From Candidatus Helarchaeota archaeon (lineage in GTDB: Archaea; Asgardarchaeota; Lokiarchaeia; Helarchaeales; RDOG01): 64,000 nucleotides of DNA. The stretch is from the NCBI GenBank assembly GCA_029838215.1, contig JALGVI010000006.1, forward strand, positions 27,698 to 91,697, given 5' to 3'. Position 1 is the first letter of the stretch, and every line of letters starts with the position of its first letter. The notes beneath the pieces were generated by a model. It worked only from the letters and a program-made list of their open reading frames with translations, ran no database searches and had not been told where the DNA came from. A program made the position numbers and the translations under genes. Positions 34,683-44,626 of this stretch are shown here, piece by piece.

Positions 34683-36041
34683 TCAAGAAATTTCAAATTT
34701 CGGTAAAGATAGGCTTTCGCTTTTCAGCACGTTTTCTAAAATATTTTTTAATTTTTCGATACCTTCTCGGGATCGAGCTTCCACGCGTCCAATAATTTTC
34801 GGTTCTGTATTTGATGCACGTAGCAAAGCCCAACCATCTTCTGTTTCGAATCGGACACCGTCTACATCAATTATCTTATAATCTTGCTTGAGTTTTTCTT
34901 TTATCCGGTTGATTTTTTGAAATTTTTCTTGATCGGTTGTAGCAATTTCAATTGCGGGAGAAGATAGAAATTTTGGTAGCGTGAGAAATAAATCGTGTAA
35001 TGTTTTAGGAGAACGTGAGAGCATGCTACTAAATACTACGGAGGCATATACTGCATCGTCATAATTGTAATAATTTTCGGTAATGTAATAATGACCGCTC
35101 AGCTCGCCTGCGAGAGCAACACCAGTTTCTTGAATGGTTCGTTTTATAAAGCTATGCCCTGTTCGATGAATGATCGGCACGCCTCCTGCTGCACGAACTT
35201 CATCGCCAACGGCTTTTGAGCACTTGACATCGTAAAGAACTTTAGCACCTTTATTTCTTTCAAGTAAATCCCGTGCCAACAGTATTAGGCTTTGATCTCC
35301 AAACAGCACGTGTCCTGTTTCATCAATGAAATAAACACGATCACCATCGCCATCATATGCCACGCCTAAATCGGCTTTCTCTTTTACCACCAGTTCACGT
35401 GCAGACTTGAGGTATTGGAACTTTTCAGGGTTAGGATCGCGATTTGGAAATCGTCCGTCAACTTCACAGAAAAGCGTGATCACGTCACATCCTAACTTTT
35501 TAAAGATTTCAGGGGCCGTCAGGCAGCACACGCCGTTTCCAGCATCGATGACAATTTTGATCTCTTTCTCCAGTGTGACCTTGGAAGTGACGTAATCAAC
35601 ATATTTGGGAATGATATCAAGTTTTTTGACCGAGCCTTGCCCAGTCTTGAATTCGTCCTTTTTTATAATTTCTAGAATCTTTTGAATTTCTTCGGGAAAG
35701 AAAGGCAAGTTTGACTTACATAGTTTAAAACCATTATATTGAGGCGGATTATGAGACCCCGTAATTTGAATTCCGCCTTCTCCTTTTTCATGAAAAATTG
35801 AAAAGTAAAGAACAGGGGTGGGAACCGTTCCCACGTCAATGACATTCGCACCCGTAGAGGTCAGACCTTTTATCAAGTTCTTCTTTAAAGCATTGGAACT
35901 CAATCGTCCGTCCATTCCAACAAAAACGGTTTCATAATTCGTGAATGTTCCGTATGCTTTTCCGATTTTTTCAGCCAAGTCGTCCGTAAGGTTTTCTTCA
36001 TAGACGCCTCGAATGTCATAAGCGCGAAAAATTGATTCCAT
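34683..36041 (-). CDS. Phosphohexomutase (phosphoglucosamine/phosphomannomutase family)
   Basis: TGSHNPPQYNGFK (active-site Ser loop), AYDGDGDRVYF (metal loop), GELSGHY. Confidence 0.85.
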   Translation of the reverse strand: MESIFRAYDIRGVYEENLTDDLAEKIGKAYGTFTNYETVFVGMDGRLSSNALKKNLIKGLTSTGANVIDVGTVPTPVLYFSIFHEKGEGGIQITGSHNPPQYNGFKLCKSNLPFFPEEIQKILEIIKKDEFKTGQGSVKKLDIIPKYVDYVTSKVTLEKEIKIVIDAGNGVCCLTAPEIFKKLGCDVITLFCEVDGRFPNRDPNPEKFQYLKSARELVVKEKADLGVAYDGDGDRVYFIDETGHVLFGDQSLILLARDLLERNKGAKVLYDVKCSKAVGDEVRAAGGVPIIHRTGHSFIKRTIQETGVALAGELSGHYYITENYYNYDDAVYASVVFSSMLSRSPKTLHDLFLTLPKFLSSPAIEIATTDQEKFQKINRIKEKLKQDYKIIDVDGVRFETEDGWALLRASNTEPKIIGRVEARSREGIEKLKNILENVLKSESLSLPKFEIS

Positions 36042-36080
36042 CTAATTTCCTTCCTTTTTTCCAATTTATTGATCCATTAA

Positions 36081-37517
36081 TTATTGGATAATTCCTTCAA
36101 TTAATTCTTTTCCAATTTTAGTTAATTTTTTTGCTTTCTCTTTCGAGCTTGCCTCTGCAGAAATTCGTAATAGTGGTTCCGTTCCAGATGGACGTATCAA
36201 TAACCAACTTTTGTCTTCACAGATGAGTTTCAAGCCGTCAATATCCAAGACCTGAACGATTTTTTCGTTATCTAATTTATCAGGAAGAGATGAAGTAATT
36301 TTAAGCATGACTTCAGGTTTTTTTTCGTCGGAACATTCAACGCCCAACTGATCAAAATTAATTGATCCGAATTCTCGCGTGATATCGTTAATAATTTCAC
36401 TCACGGGTTTGTCAAAATATGCAATTGCTTCAAGAATTTTCAAGTTCGTGTAGATTCCATCTTTTTCAGCGATGTGTCCCCGGAACATGAGACCCCCTGA
36501 TTGTTCCCCTCCTATCAATCCGTTTCTTGTCCGCATTACTTCGCCAATGTATTTTGAACCGATTGGGACTTCAACCAGTTCCAATCCAAACGCCTCAACC
36601 ATTTTATCGAGAACAGAAGTCGTGTCGATTGTTTTTACTATCACACCGCTTTGATTTCGTTCAATCAAGTATTTTAGAAGAATGCAAAATGTTTCGTGGG
36701 AACGAACGAACTCACCTTTTTCGGTCACGACACCAGATCTATCACCATCTCCATCACAAGCAAAACCAACGTCAGCATTCGCTTCAATAACGGTTCGTTC
36801 CAACATCGCCAAGTTCTTTTTCGATGGATTCGGACTCAATCCGCCAAAATCGGGATCTAATTGATCGTGAAGCGTGGTCACGTCCTGTCCCAGTTGTTTC
36901 AAGATTTGTGGAAGATAATTTCGGGCAGTTCCAAAAAGAGGATCGAAAATGATCGTGAATTTTTTCTTTTTTATTAGTGTTTTATCGAGTAAATTAATGA
37001 CGTGTTCAATGTATGCTTGTTTTGGATCAATTTCGGAGAAAAGAAAAGTTTTTTTTGCTTCTTCTAGGGAAATTTTCGAGATTGCTTGATTTTTCATGAC
37101 TCGATTAATTTCGACCATGATGGCATCCGTCACGTCAGGCATGGCTGGAGACGCGTATTCAGGTATGAATTTTAAACCATTATATTCGGGAGGATTATGG
37201 CTTGCCGTGAGCATTATTGCGCCGTCTAGCTTCCATTTTTGAATGGCGTAAGTTAAAACGGGAGTTGGAATATCTTCACGATCTAACAGGCACCTGATAT
37301 TGTTACCAGTAAGAACACGGGCAATTTCTTCAGCATACATGTTTGAATTACGTCGAGTGTCAAAACCAATGGCAATCCCATTCTGTGTTTGCTTCTTTCT
37401 TTTCAAATAATTGGCGATGGCCTGAGCTACTAGTGATACATTTGGAATTGTAAAGGATTCATCCATGCGTGCACGCCAACCATCCGTTCCAAAATTAATG
37501 GAGTTCATTTCGCTCAC
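36081..37517 (-). CDS. Phosphohexomutase (phosphoglucomutase/phosphomannomutase family), second copy
   Basis: TASHNPPEYNGLKF, ACDGDGDRSGV, GGEQSGG. Confidence 0.85.
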   Translation of the reverse strand: MSEMNSINFGTDGWRARMDESFTIPNVSLVAQAIANYLKRKKQTQNGIAIGFDTRRNSNMYAEEIARVLTGNNIRCLLDREDIPTPVLTYAIQKWKLDGAIMLTASHNPPEYNGLKFIPEYASPAMPDVTDAIMVEINRVMKNQAISKISLEEAKKTFLFSEIDPKQAYIEHVINLLDKTLIKKKKFTIIFDPLFGTARNYLPQILKQLGQDVTTLHDQLDPDFGGLSPNPSKKNLAMLERTVIEANADVGFACDGDGDRSGVVTEKGEFVRSHETFCILLKYLIERNQSGVIVKTIDTTSVLDKMVEAFGLELVEVPIGSKYIGEVMRTRNGLIGGEQSGGLMFRGHIAEKDGIYTNLKILEAIAYFDKPVSEIINDITREFGSINFDQLGVECSDEKKPEVMLKITSSLPDKLDNEKIVQVLDIDGLKLICEDKSWLLIRPSGTEPLLRISAEASSKEKAKKLTKIGKELIEGIIQ

Positions 37518-37535
37518 GTGAGAAAATTGAATTTT

Positions 37536-39377
37536 TTATAGAACTGTTACAACCTTGGCAAGATTACGAGGTTGATCGGGATTGTAACCACGACGAATTG
37601 CAGAATAATACGAAAAAAGCTGCAGGGGAACAACATAAGTCATCGGACTGAAGAGAGAATTACATCCTGAAGGAATTCTAAAAACTACATCGGAAAGCTT
37701 AATGATTTCATGATCATTTTCTTCACAAACAGCAAGGATTAGAGCTTCCCGAGCTTTCATTTCCATCACGTTACTGATAATGCGGTCCTGCGTTTCATCA
37801 GGAGGGGCAACAAAAACAACGGGAAAACCAGATTCGATCAAGGCGATCGGACCATGCTTACTCTCTCCTGCAGGATATGCTTCAGCATGATTGTATGATA
37901 TTTCTTTTAATTTTAGCGCGCCTTCGGCAGCCGTAGCAAAATTAAGCCCTCGACCCAAATAGAAAAAATCTTCTTTCTGAGCATATTGATCAGCTGCGAT
38001 CTTGATGTTATCCTCTTCCAATTTGATGATTTTTTCTACGAAGTCAGGAACCAAATCAAGATTACTTCGTAGCTCCTTGATTTTCGCAGGTGGTAAAGAA
38101 TTTTTCATTTCTGCTAGAGTAAGAGCGAGCATCGATAAAGTGGCGATTTGTACGATAAATGTTTTTGTTGCAGCAACACCAATTTCAGGTCCTGCTTGGG
38201 TATAAAGCACGGCCTCCGCATGTCTCGTAATCGAACTTCCAAGCACGTTCGTGATGGCTAGAATTTTCGCACCTTGACTCTTTGCATGCACCACGGCATT
38301 TAACGTATCGGCAGTCTCTCCAGATTGCGTGATGGCAATGACTACGGAACCGGGTCCAATAGTTTCACCAATTCTATCCTTAAATTCCGATGAAATGAAA
38401 GGAAAGGAAATCGTCTTCGCAATTCGTGCAAGTAAAAATTGACCCGCCATGGTAGCATGAAAAGAGGTGCCTGCAGCTGTAAAATATATTGTAGGGGCAT
38501 CTTTCAAGTATTTTGCAAACTTTTCAACAATGACAGGGTCCATTCGCAATGTATTGCGAAGAGCATTTGGTTGTTCATGAATTTCCTTCAACATGAAATG
38601 AGACATGCCGCCCTTTTTCGCCATCTCTGTTGTCCACTGAATTTCGGTTGTTTCCCGCTCAATAATTGTATTGAAATCACGAATAGATCTAATTTGAACA
38701 GAATTAAGCGTCAAGATTGCCATTTCTTCATCCAAAAGGAATTTCACCTTGTTGGTCATTGGCAAGAAAGCAGGGATATCGCTTGCCGCATAGAGAGCAT
38801 TTTCACCAAGTCCTATTATCAAGGGACTTTCTTTACGCGCAACTATGATCTTTTCAGGCTCATCTATATTTAATACGGCAATTGCGTAAGAACCTTGGAG
38901 CTGGGTAAGAGCACCGTGTACGGCTTCTTCATAATTAATTCCTTTTTTAAGTTCTTCCTCAATGAGATGAGGAATGATTTCAGTATCACATTCTGATTTA
39001 AATTCATGTCCCAATTCAATTAATTGATTCCGCAAAGAAATAAAATTTTCGATTATCCCATTGTGAATGACGGAAATCTTGCCGGATCCATCAAGATGAG
39101 GGTGGGAATTCACTTTCGATGGCTTGCCGTGAGTTGCCCATCGTGTATGACCAATTCCGACTCTTCCCGGTAGCGTATCGAGATTTAGGCGGGCATGAAC
39201 TTCATCAATCTTGCCTTTATCCTTTTTTATCTGGAAACGTTTATTTTCGGAGTCAATGGTGGCAATTCCCACGGAATCATATCCTCGATACTCCAGTCGT
39301 TTCAGTGCTTCCCTAATTTGAACCGAAACCTGAAATCCTTCTTGAACTTTTGAAAGAATGGCAATTATACCGCACAA
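37536..39377 (-). CDS. glmS: Glutamine--fructose-6-phosphate aminotransferase
   Basis: CGIIAI Ntn-amidotransferase N-terminus, two SIS domains, C-terminal NLAKVVTV. The ORF extends to ATG 39392, but the TTG at 39377-39375 directly precedes the catalytic Cys codon. Confidence 0.9.
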   Translation of the reverse strand: MCGIIAILSKVQEGFQVSVQIREALKRLEYRGYDSVGIATIDSENKRFQIKKDKGKIDEVHARLNLDTLPGRVGIGHTRWATHGKPSKVNSHPHLDGSGKISVIHNGIIENFISLRNQLIELGHEFKSECDTEIIPHLIEEELKKGINYEEAVHGALTQLQGSYAIAVLNIDEPEKIIVARKESPLIIGLGENALYAASDIPAFLPMTNKVKFLLDEEMAILTLNSVQIRSIRDFNTIIERETTEIQWTTEMAKKGGMSHFMLKEIHEQPNALRNTLRMDPVIVEKFAKYLKDAPTIYFTAAGTSFHATMAGQFLLARIAKTISFPFISSEFKDRIGETIGPGSVVIAITQSGETADTLNAVVHAKSQGAKILAITNVLGSSITRHAEAVLYTQAGPEIGVAATKTFIVQIATLSMLALTLAEMKNSLPPAKIKELRSNLDLVPDFVEKIIKLEEDNIKIAADQYAQKEDFFYLGRGLNFATAAEGALKLKEISYNHAEAYPAGESKHGPIALIESGFPVVFVAPPDETQDRIISNVMEMKAREALILAVCEENDHEIIKLSDVVFRIPSGCNSLFSPMTYVVPLQLFSYYSAIRRGYNPDQPRNLAKVVTVL

Positions 39378-39742
39378 ATTACAACTTTCCATTAAAGCTC
39401 GTCAAACGAGGACATTCCAAGCCATAAAAATCCTCTTTATTTCTAAAGTCAAATTCAGATTCTTTCAAGAACACCGGTGAAAACACGAGTCTTCATCCTT
39501 GAGTTACTAAATTCAATTTCCATTTTATAAGATTTGGTATTTTTATTAATGAAAGAAAATGATCGCATCCTGATAAAAATAATTATCAAGCAAAAAAGAA
39601 AGATTAAAACGGAAAAAAGCCAAAAACGATTCATTAAAGGAATAATGCATGATTTAAAAATCTTAACATCGGAAATAATCGGCTAAATAGAATTACCAAC
39701 GATGAAAAATAGAAGAAATGAATTGTCGAAGGTGTTTGCTTC

Positions 39743-40378
39743 TTGTTTTATGAAGAAATTGAAAAACTTTGGTTGGCAGGACAACGAGTTCCCGAATTAA
39801 AAATCGGTAAAAATGTTAAAATCGCAAAGAATGTGAATTTTTTACTCAAGAAAGAATATCCCATTGAGATAGGAGATGACGTTGAAATTCATAATGGTTG
39901 CATCATATACTGGGGGACAAAGATTGGAAATGGCACGCGAATCTTCCATAACGCAGGATTACGAGAGTTTACCGAGATAGGAGAAAAGACAATTTTTGGC
40001 TCTCTTAGTTTCTGCGAAGGTAGAACGAAAATAGGGAGCCATGTCAGCATTACATCACAATGTCACATCACAGCGAAAGCAACGATTGAAGATCATGTCT
40101 TCATGGGACCGGGAACGGTAACTACGAATACGCGAAGAATCGTCCACGGAAGAAACTATGAGCTAATTGAAATAGGGCCAACCTTAAAAAAAGCCTGTAG
40201 GGTTGGTGGGGGAGTCACGATCATCCCTGAAGTCACCATAGGAGAAGATGCATTAGTAGCAGCAGGTGCGGTTGTTACAAAAGACGTCCCGCCCAGAAAA
40301 ATAGTCATGGGTGTACCTGCTAGAATAGTTCGCGATGTCCCGAAAGACGAGTGGCATCCTGCTGTAAATATTGAGTGA
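39743..40378 (+). CDS. Left-handed beta-helix (hexapeptide-repeat) acyl/acetyltransferase
   Basis: Repeated [LIV]Gxxxx hexapeptides (IGDDVEIHNGCII, IGNGTRIF, IGSHVSI, VGGGVTIIPEVTIGEDALVAAGAVV). TTG start. Confidence 0.7.
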   Translation: MFYEEIEKLWLAGQRVPELKIGKNVKIAKNVNFLLKKEYPIEIGDDVEIHNGCIIYWGTKIGNGTRIFHNAGLREFTEIGEKTIFGSLSFCEGRTKIGSHVSITSQCHITAKATIEDHVFMGPGTVTTNTRRIVHGRNYELIEIGPTLKKACRVGGGVTIIPEVTIGEDALVAAGAVVTKDVPPRKIVMGVPARIVRDVPKDEWHPAVNIE

Positions 40379-40387
40379 TATTCTTCT

Positions 40388-41035
40388 CTAAATAAAGCGA
40401 ACACCTATATTTAATCCAATTTTTATGTCTTCGGGTTTCGAGTTATTTAATTCTACCAATTTCAGAATGAATTCGTGTATTTTATATTTGTCAAAATATT
40501 TTTCAACGTTACCGTAAGTGGGTTCAATCTCAACGTGCTTGCTGTCATGATAGAGAAGGTTGTAATCATATTCTCGAATGAAATCACGCAATCTCAGCAT
40601 ATTTTCTTCAACAATTCCTCGATTAAATTCAATAATGATGAGTTCCCCAATAAAGGACACGGGATCCTCTAACATCTCAATAAATGTTTGATATGAAAAA
40701 AGAGGAAAATCCCAAAATTCTATTTCACGAAGCTGTTTGAGCTCATGAAGATGAAATAGAAAGTCCCCGAGAATTTCTTTACTGGCAGCATAAACCTTCA
40801 TTTCGCATTCGTTACAAAACTCAACCCCCAGAATTTCGAAACACGATTCATGAAGATTTTGTTTCTTCTGGATCTGTGATTGGAGACTCCCAAACCACTC
40901 AAGTATGTGGTTATCAAGCACCGGATCAATGACTTTATCATCTTTAAAATCATAGATCTTTCGTTCAAAGAGAATAGATACTTGATTATCAAAATACCTG
41001 TCCTTATATTTATTCCAAAATTTAGGAAAGTCCAT
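40388..41035 (-). CDS. Hypothetical protein
   Basis: 215-aa ORF, no motif recognised. Confidence 0.45.
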   Translation of the reverse strand: MDFPKFWNKYKDRYFDNQVSILFERKIYDFKDDKVIDPVLDNHILEWFGSLQSQIQKKQNLHESCFEILGVEFCNECEMKVYAASKEILGDFLFHLHELKQLREIEFWDFPLFSYQTFIEMLEDPVSFIGELIIIEFNRGIVEENMLRLRDFIREYDYNLLYHDSKHVEIEPTYGNVEKYFDKYKIHEFILKLVELNNSKPEDIKIGLNIGVRFI

Positions 41036-41562
41036 TTATTGTTCCCCTTTTTACTTTGAAAGATGTGTGTAGATACATTTCCCCTTAAATCGTTGTAGTA
41101 AATCTGGTGAAACTCTAATGCGGCTTTTTGCACTGCATTTTAAAAAATGGGTATCTTTTAGACTTAAAATAATATATCTATAAAAAAGATATCCAAGCAT
41201 AAAAAGGCTAGCAAACCAACACGTAATTCTTTTTTAATTCATTCAACCGCAAAAACACGTGATTCTTGAATAATGAAATAAATATAGAATGGTCCAGTTT
41301 CTTTTTTTTCAATTAGTTAAATAAAATATCAATACCCTGAACCAGAGTTCTTGAATGGTTTACATCGATTCAAAATGGCAAGACACGATAGTCCACATCA
41401 TTCCAAATTTTTACGAATTTAATTTTTTTTGTCGGATTCACTCCTAAGTAATCAATTAATAATTTATAGGAAATATCGTATCATAAATTGAAATTACGAA
41501 TTTATGTAAATGGCTCAAAAATGGAAGGTTTGAGACTGAAATTCAAAGGAGGTCATGCTGAG

Positions 41563-41703
41563 ATGAGTACTCATGCGCAAATAGGAGTGTTTTTGACGAA
41601 GGCAAGACCATTCTTAATCGTGGCAGGAATAATTGTTTTGGGCATAATTCTTGGTTATTTATTTGGATATGTTTTAGGTGGAACTCGCATCCTTGTAGGA
41701 TGA
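41563..41703 (+). CDS. Small single-TM protein upstream of the ABC transporter genes
   Basis: ATG at 41563 has GGAGG 10 nt upstream and encodes 46 aa with one hydrophobic span (FLIVAGIIVLGIILGYLFGYVLGG). The listed ORF opens at 41488. Confidence 0.35.
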   Translation: MSTHAQIGVFLTKARPFLIVAGIIVLGIILGYLFGYVLGGTRILVG

Positions 41704-41737
41704 CAGCAATTAGAATTTCAAGCGAGAGGATTTTTAA

Positions 41738-42880
41738 TTGGAACAAATTAAAAGAAAACCAAAGAAACGAATCTTCACGTATTTTCTCATCTTTATCACG
41801 TGTTTCGCCGTAGCCGCATGTATCGGATTTCAAATTGGGGGATCAGTTCATACCGATTATACTATTGTCATAACCTATAGCTCGGAGAAAGACTCGTGGA
41901 TGAATAAAATAATACCGCTCTTTAAACAATGGTTCGAAGAACAAACGGGAAAAACAATTACGGTCAATTTTAGACCAATGGGATCACGTTCAATAATATT
42001 ATCAATCATCACGGGCGAGATAAAACCGACAATTATAAGTCCTGCATCAGGAATCTGGTTGCCATACTTAAATTCCCTTTGGAAGAATAATCCTGTTAAT
42101 ACTAAAGATATTGTTCACCTCTCGAATCCCAACTTGACAACTAGTTGCATTTATTCTCCAATTGTAATTGGAACGTGGGATTGGTATAATGCCTCGGTTG
42201 GTGGAATATCGAATTTTCAAGATATTCACGATTTGACACTCGATCAGTTTCGTTGGGCTCATACAGATCCTCAGCTTTCAAATTCCGGTTTCATGACCAT
42301 AATAATGATGGTTGCAGCCTATTTATCAAAAAATACGACCGAGTTGGTTACGACGGACTTGCAAAACCCGAATTTACAGCAGTGGATGAGGCAAATAGAA
42401 TCAGATATCGCTTTTTACGGAAAAAGCACGGGATTTTTGGCAAAGAAGTCCGTGCAATTAGGGCTAAATGCTTTTATGGTCTATGAGAACATAATTATTG
42501 ACTTCAATCGAAAAGCTTCAGGCGATAGCAGTAAAGCAATAGCCGTTTATCCATCAGACGGAACACTCCTTTCAGACCATCCTTTTGCAATTTTAGATAC
42601 GGAATGGGTATCGGATGATGATAGATATGCTGCAACAAGATTTTTGGAGTTCATTCAAATGGATGAAATTGTTGCTAAAGCATTCCAATACGGTTTTCGC
42701 CCCTTAAACGAAACGATCCTTCAAAATCCAGCGTATAATTCCACGTTCAATACTTATTTTACGGAGAATTATGGCGTTCAACATGATATTTCAGTTCCCA
42801 TTTATGGTACGACTATTGATTCATTAGTATTAGATCAAATTACCGATTTATGGATAGTCACACGAAATTTAGGATTGTGA
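41738..42880 (+). CDS. Membrane-anchored substrate-binding protein of an ABC importer
   Basis: N-terminal TM anchor followed by a periplasmic-binding-protein-like region. It sits directly upstream of the permease and ATPase genes. Substrate unknown. Confidence 0.55.
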   Translation: MEQIKRKPKKRIFTYFLIFITCFAVAACIGFQIGGSVHTDYTIVITYSSEKDSWMNKIIPLFKQWFEEQTGKTITVNFRPMGSRSIILSIITGEIKPTIISPASGIWLPYLNSLWKNNPVNTKDIVHLSNPNLTTSCIYSPIVIGTWDWYNASVGGISNFQDIHDLTLDQFRWAHTDPQLSNSGFMTIIMMVAAYLSKNTTELVTTDLQNPNLQQWMRQIESDIAFYGKSTGFLAKKSVQLGLNAFMVYENIIIDFNRKASGDSSKAIAVYPSDGTLLSDHPFAILDTEWVSDDDRYAATRFLEFIQMDEIVAKAFQYGFRPLNETILQNPAYNSTFNTYFTENYGVQHDISVPIYGTTIDSLVLDQITDLWIVTRNLGL

Positions 42881-42883
42881 ATC

Positions 42884-44614
42884 ATGCAAGAGCAACTTGA
42901 ATCTCTAAAATTGCAGATTGGTAGATTGTTTAGAGCAATTGAGAAGAAGCTCTCATCAAGAAGGGTTAGTCGAGTAGCAGATGTAGTGGCAATTATTGCG
43001 TTTTTCGTTATCATTTTAGTTCCGATTCTCTACATTTTTGGATATGTATTTTTTAGCGGTTCAGAAATATTAAATAACATATTTTTCCATCCGATATCCG
43101 GCGACACGCGATTTCGGGACATGTTAATTGCTCTTAGTAGATCTTTTTCCATTGCAGGTATCGTCGTGATTTTTGACATCCTGATTGGATTACCGATGGC
43201 TTTGATTCTTGCCCGCGGGAACTTTCGAGGGAAAAAAATACTTGATACTCTCGTGGATTTGCCGTTGGCGGTCCCAACTGCGGCTTTAGGTTTTTCTGTT
43301 TTTCTATTTTGGGGAACAGGAGATGGAATAGGATGGTTTTTTGGTGGTCATGGGTTGTTTACCGAGGGATTCTGGATGATCCTTTTGGTGCATGTCATTT
43401 TCACATATCCTTATATCGTGAGGAACTTGAAAGTCGTCATCATCAACATTGATAAAAATCTTGAAGATGCGGCCCAATCCTTAGGAGCTCAGAAATTCAC
43501 CATATTTCGCACGATCACCGGACCTCTCATGAAAGAAGGATTGATCGCGGGTTCCATACTTGCATTTACACGAAGTCTGGGAGAGACGGGTGCAACTTTA
43601 ATCGTGTATGGCGTTTTTGAAACTGCGCCGATTCAAATAGTAAAAGCAAAAAGCTTGGGGTTATTTGGATCTGCTGCCTTTCTAACAATGTTATTGGTTT
43701 TAATATCCATCGGTCTCTTAATTTTAGTCAAAGTCATAACAAGAAGAGTTGGACTCCCGATTCAAAAAGTCTGGGTAGGTCCCGAGAAGATATTATCAAA
43801 TAAATACTTGAAATACATTCGAAATTTTATTATTTTTCTATTTTTCGCAGTATTGATATTAATCCCTGCTCTTTTCATCATTCCTTATTTGTTTCAAAAC
43901 CTATTAGGTCCGGATGGTGCCATCATGCAGGTTTTCAATTTAGAAACGAATAAATGGGCAGGTCTTTTCGTAAGTCTCTCGAATTCAATTATTATTGCTT
44001 CTATAACAGTAGGCGTGACGATACTTATTGGAATTCCAATGGCATATATTATCGTTCGTAGAAAATGGGGTAAATTCAACGCCATCCTTGATACCCTAGT
44101 CGATATTCCGCTAATCATACCTTCAGCAGCTTTGGGTTTCTCAGTATTTTTATTCTGGGGAACACTAGGTCCATTTGGAATTTTTGCCCAATCGGAATAT
44201 TGGCCTTTAAATCCCGGTTTTTTCCTAATCACGTTAGTTCACATAATTTTTTGTTTCCCGTACATGGTTCGTGTACTCATTGCAGTTATTGGCGGGATGC
44301 CTCAAGGATTTGAAGAAGCGTCTCGGACTCTTGGTGCACCTGCTTTCACGTCATTTCGTAAGGTTACGATTCCCTTGATAAAAAACGGAATTTTAGCCGG
44401 TTCGATCATGGTCTTTACTAGAAGCCTCGGAGAGACGGGTGCAACTTTTGTCGTGATGGGACTTGAACGCACGATTCCTGTAATGATAGTTGATTGGGTT
44501 GAATCATTGGATTTTGCTGCCGCAGCATTTGCGAGTGTAGTCTTAATAATTCTATCATTTATTTTAATTCTAACGTTAAGATACATAACTGGAAAAGAAA
44601 GTAGCATTAATTAG
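42884..44614 (+). CDS. ABC transporter permease with two fused MetI-like domains
   Basis: 576 aa. Duplicated blocks LVDLPLAVPTAALGFSVFLFWG / LVDIPLIIPSAALGFSVFLFWG and EAA-loop-like FTRSLGETGATLIV / FTRSLGETGATFVV. Confidence 0.85.
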   Translation: MQEQLESLKLQIGRLFRAIEKKLSSRRVSRVADVVAIIAFFVIILVPILYIFGYVFFSGSEILNNIFFHPISGDTRFRDMLIALSRSFSIAGIVVIFDILIGLPMALILARGNFRGKKILDTLVDLPLAVPTAALGFSVFLFWGTGDGIGWFFGGHGLFTEGFWMILLVHVIFTYPYIVRNLKVVIINIDKNLEDAAQSLGAQKFTIFRTITGPLMKEGLIAGSILAFTRSLGETGATLIVYGVFETAPIQIVKAKSLGLFGSAAFLTMLLVLISIGLLILVKVITRRVGLPIQKVWVGPEKILSNKYLKYIRNFIIFLFFAVLILIPALFIIPYLFQNLLGPDGAIMQVFNLETNKWAGLFVSLSNSIIIASITVGVTILIGIPMAYIIVRRKWGKFNAILDTLVDIPLIIPSAALGFSVFLFWGTLGPFGIFAQSEYWPLNPGFFLITLVHIIFCFPYMVRVLIAVIGGMPQGFEEASRTLGAPAFTSFRKVTIPLIKNGILAGSIMVFTRSLGETGATFVVMGLERTIPVMIVDWVESLDFAAAAFASVVLIILSFILILTLRYITGKESSIN

Positions 44615-44626
44615 AAGGAAACAGCC

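Noticed and set aside
39393-39742. Possible glmS ribozyme or other riboswitch in the 350-nt region upstream of glmS
   Set aside because: The glmS ribozyme is a bacterial element. I see only a 5-bp hairpin (ctcgt-caa-acgag, 39397-39409) and no extended GC-rich structured core.
40798-41133. 111-aa minus-strand ORF overlapping the start of 40388..41035
   Set aside because: It is in an alternative frame overlapping a longer ORF, with no motif. The longer ORF was kept as the call.
41149-41194. Imperfect inverted repeat gggtatctttt ... aaaagatatcc (10/11 matching, 24-nt spacer) in the 450-nt gap upstream of the ABC transporter cluster
   Set aside because: AT-rich, imperfect and with a long loop; not distinguishable from chance by eye. 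It might deserve a covariance-model scan, but I cannot support a ncRNA call.
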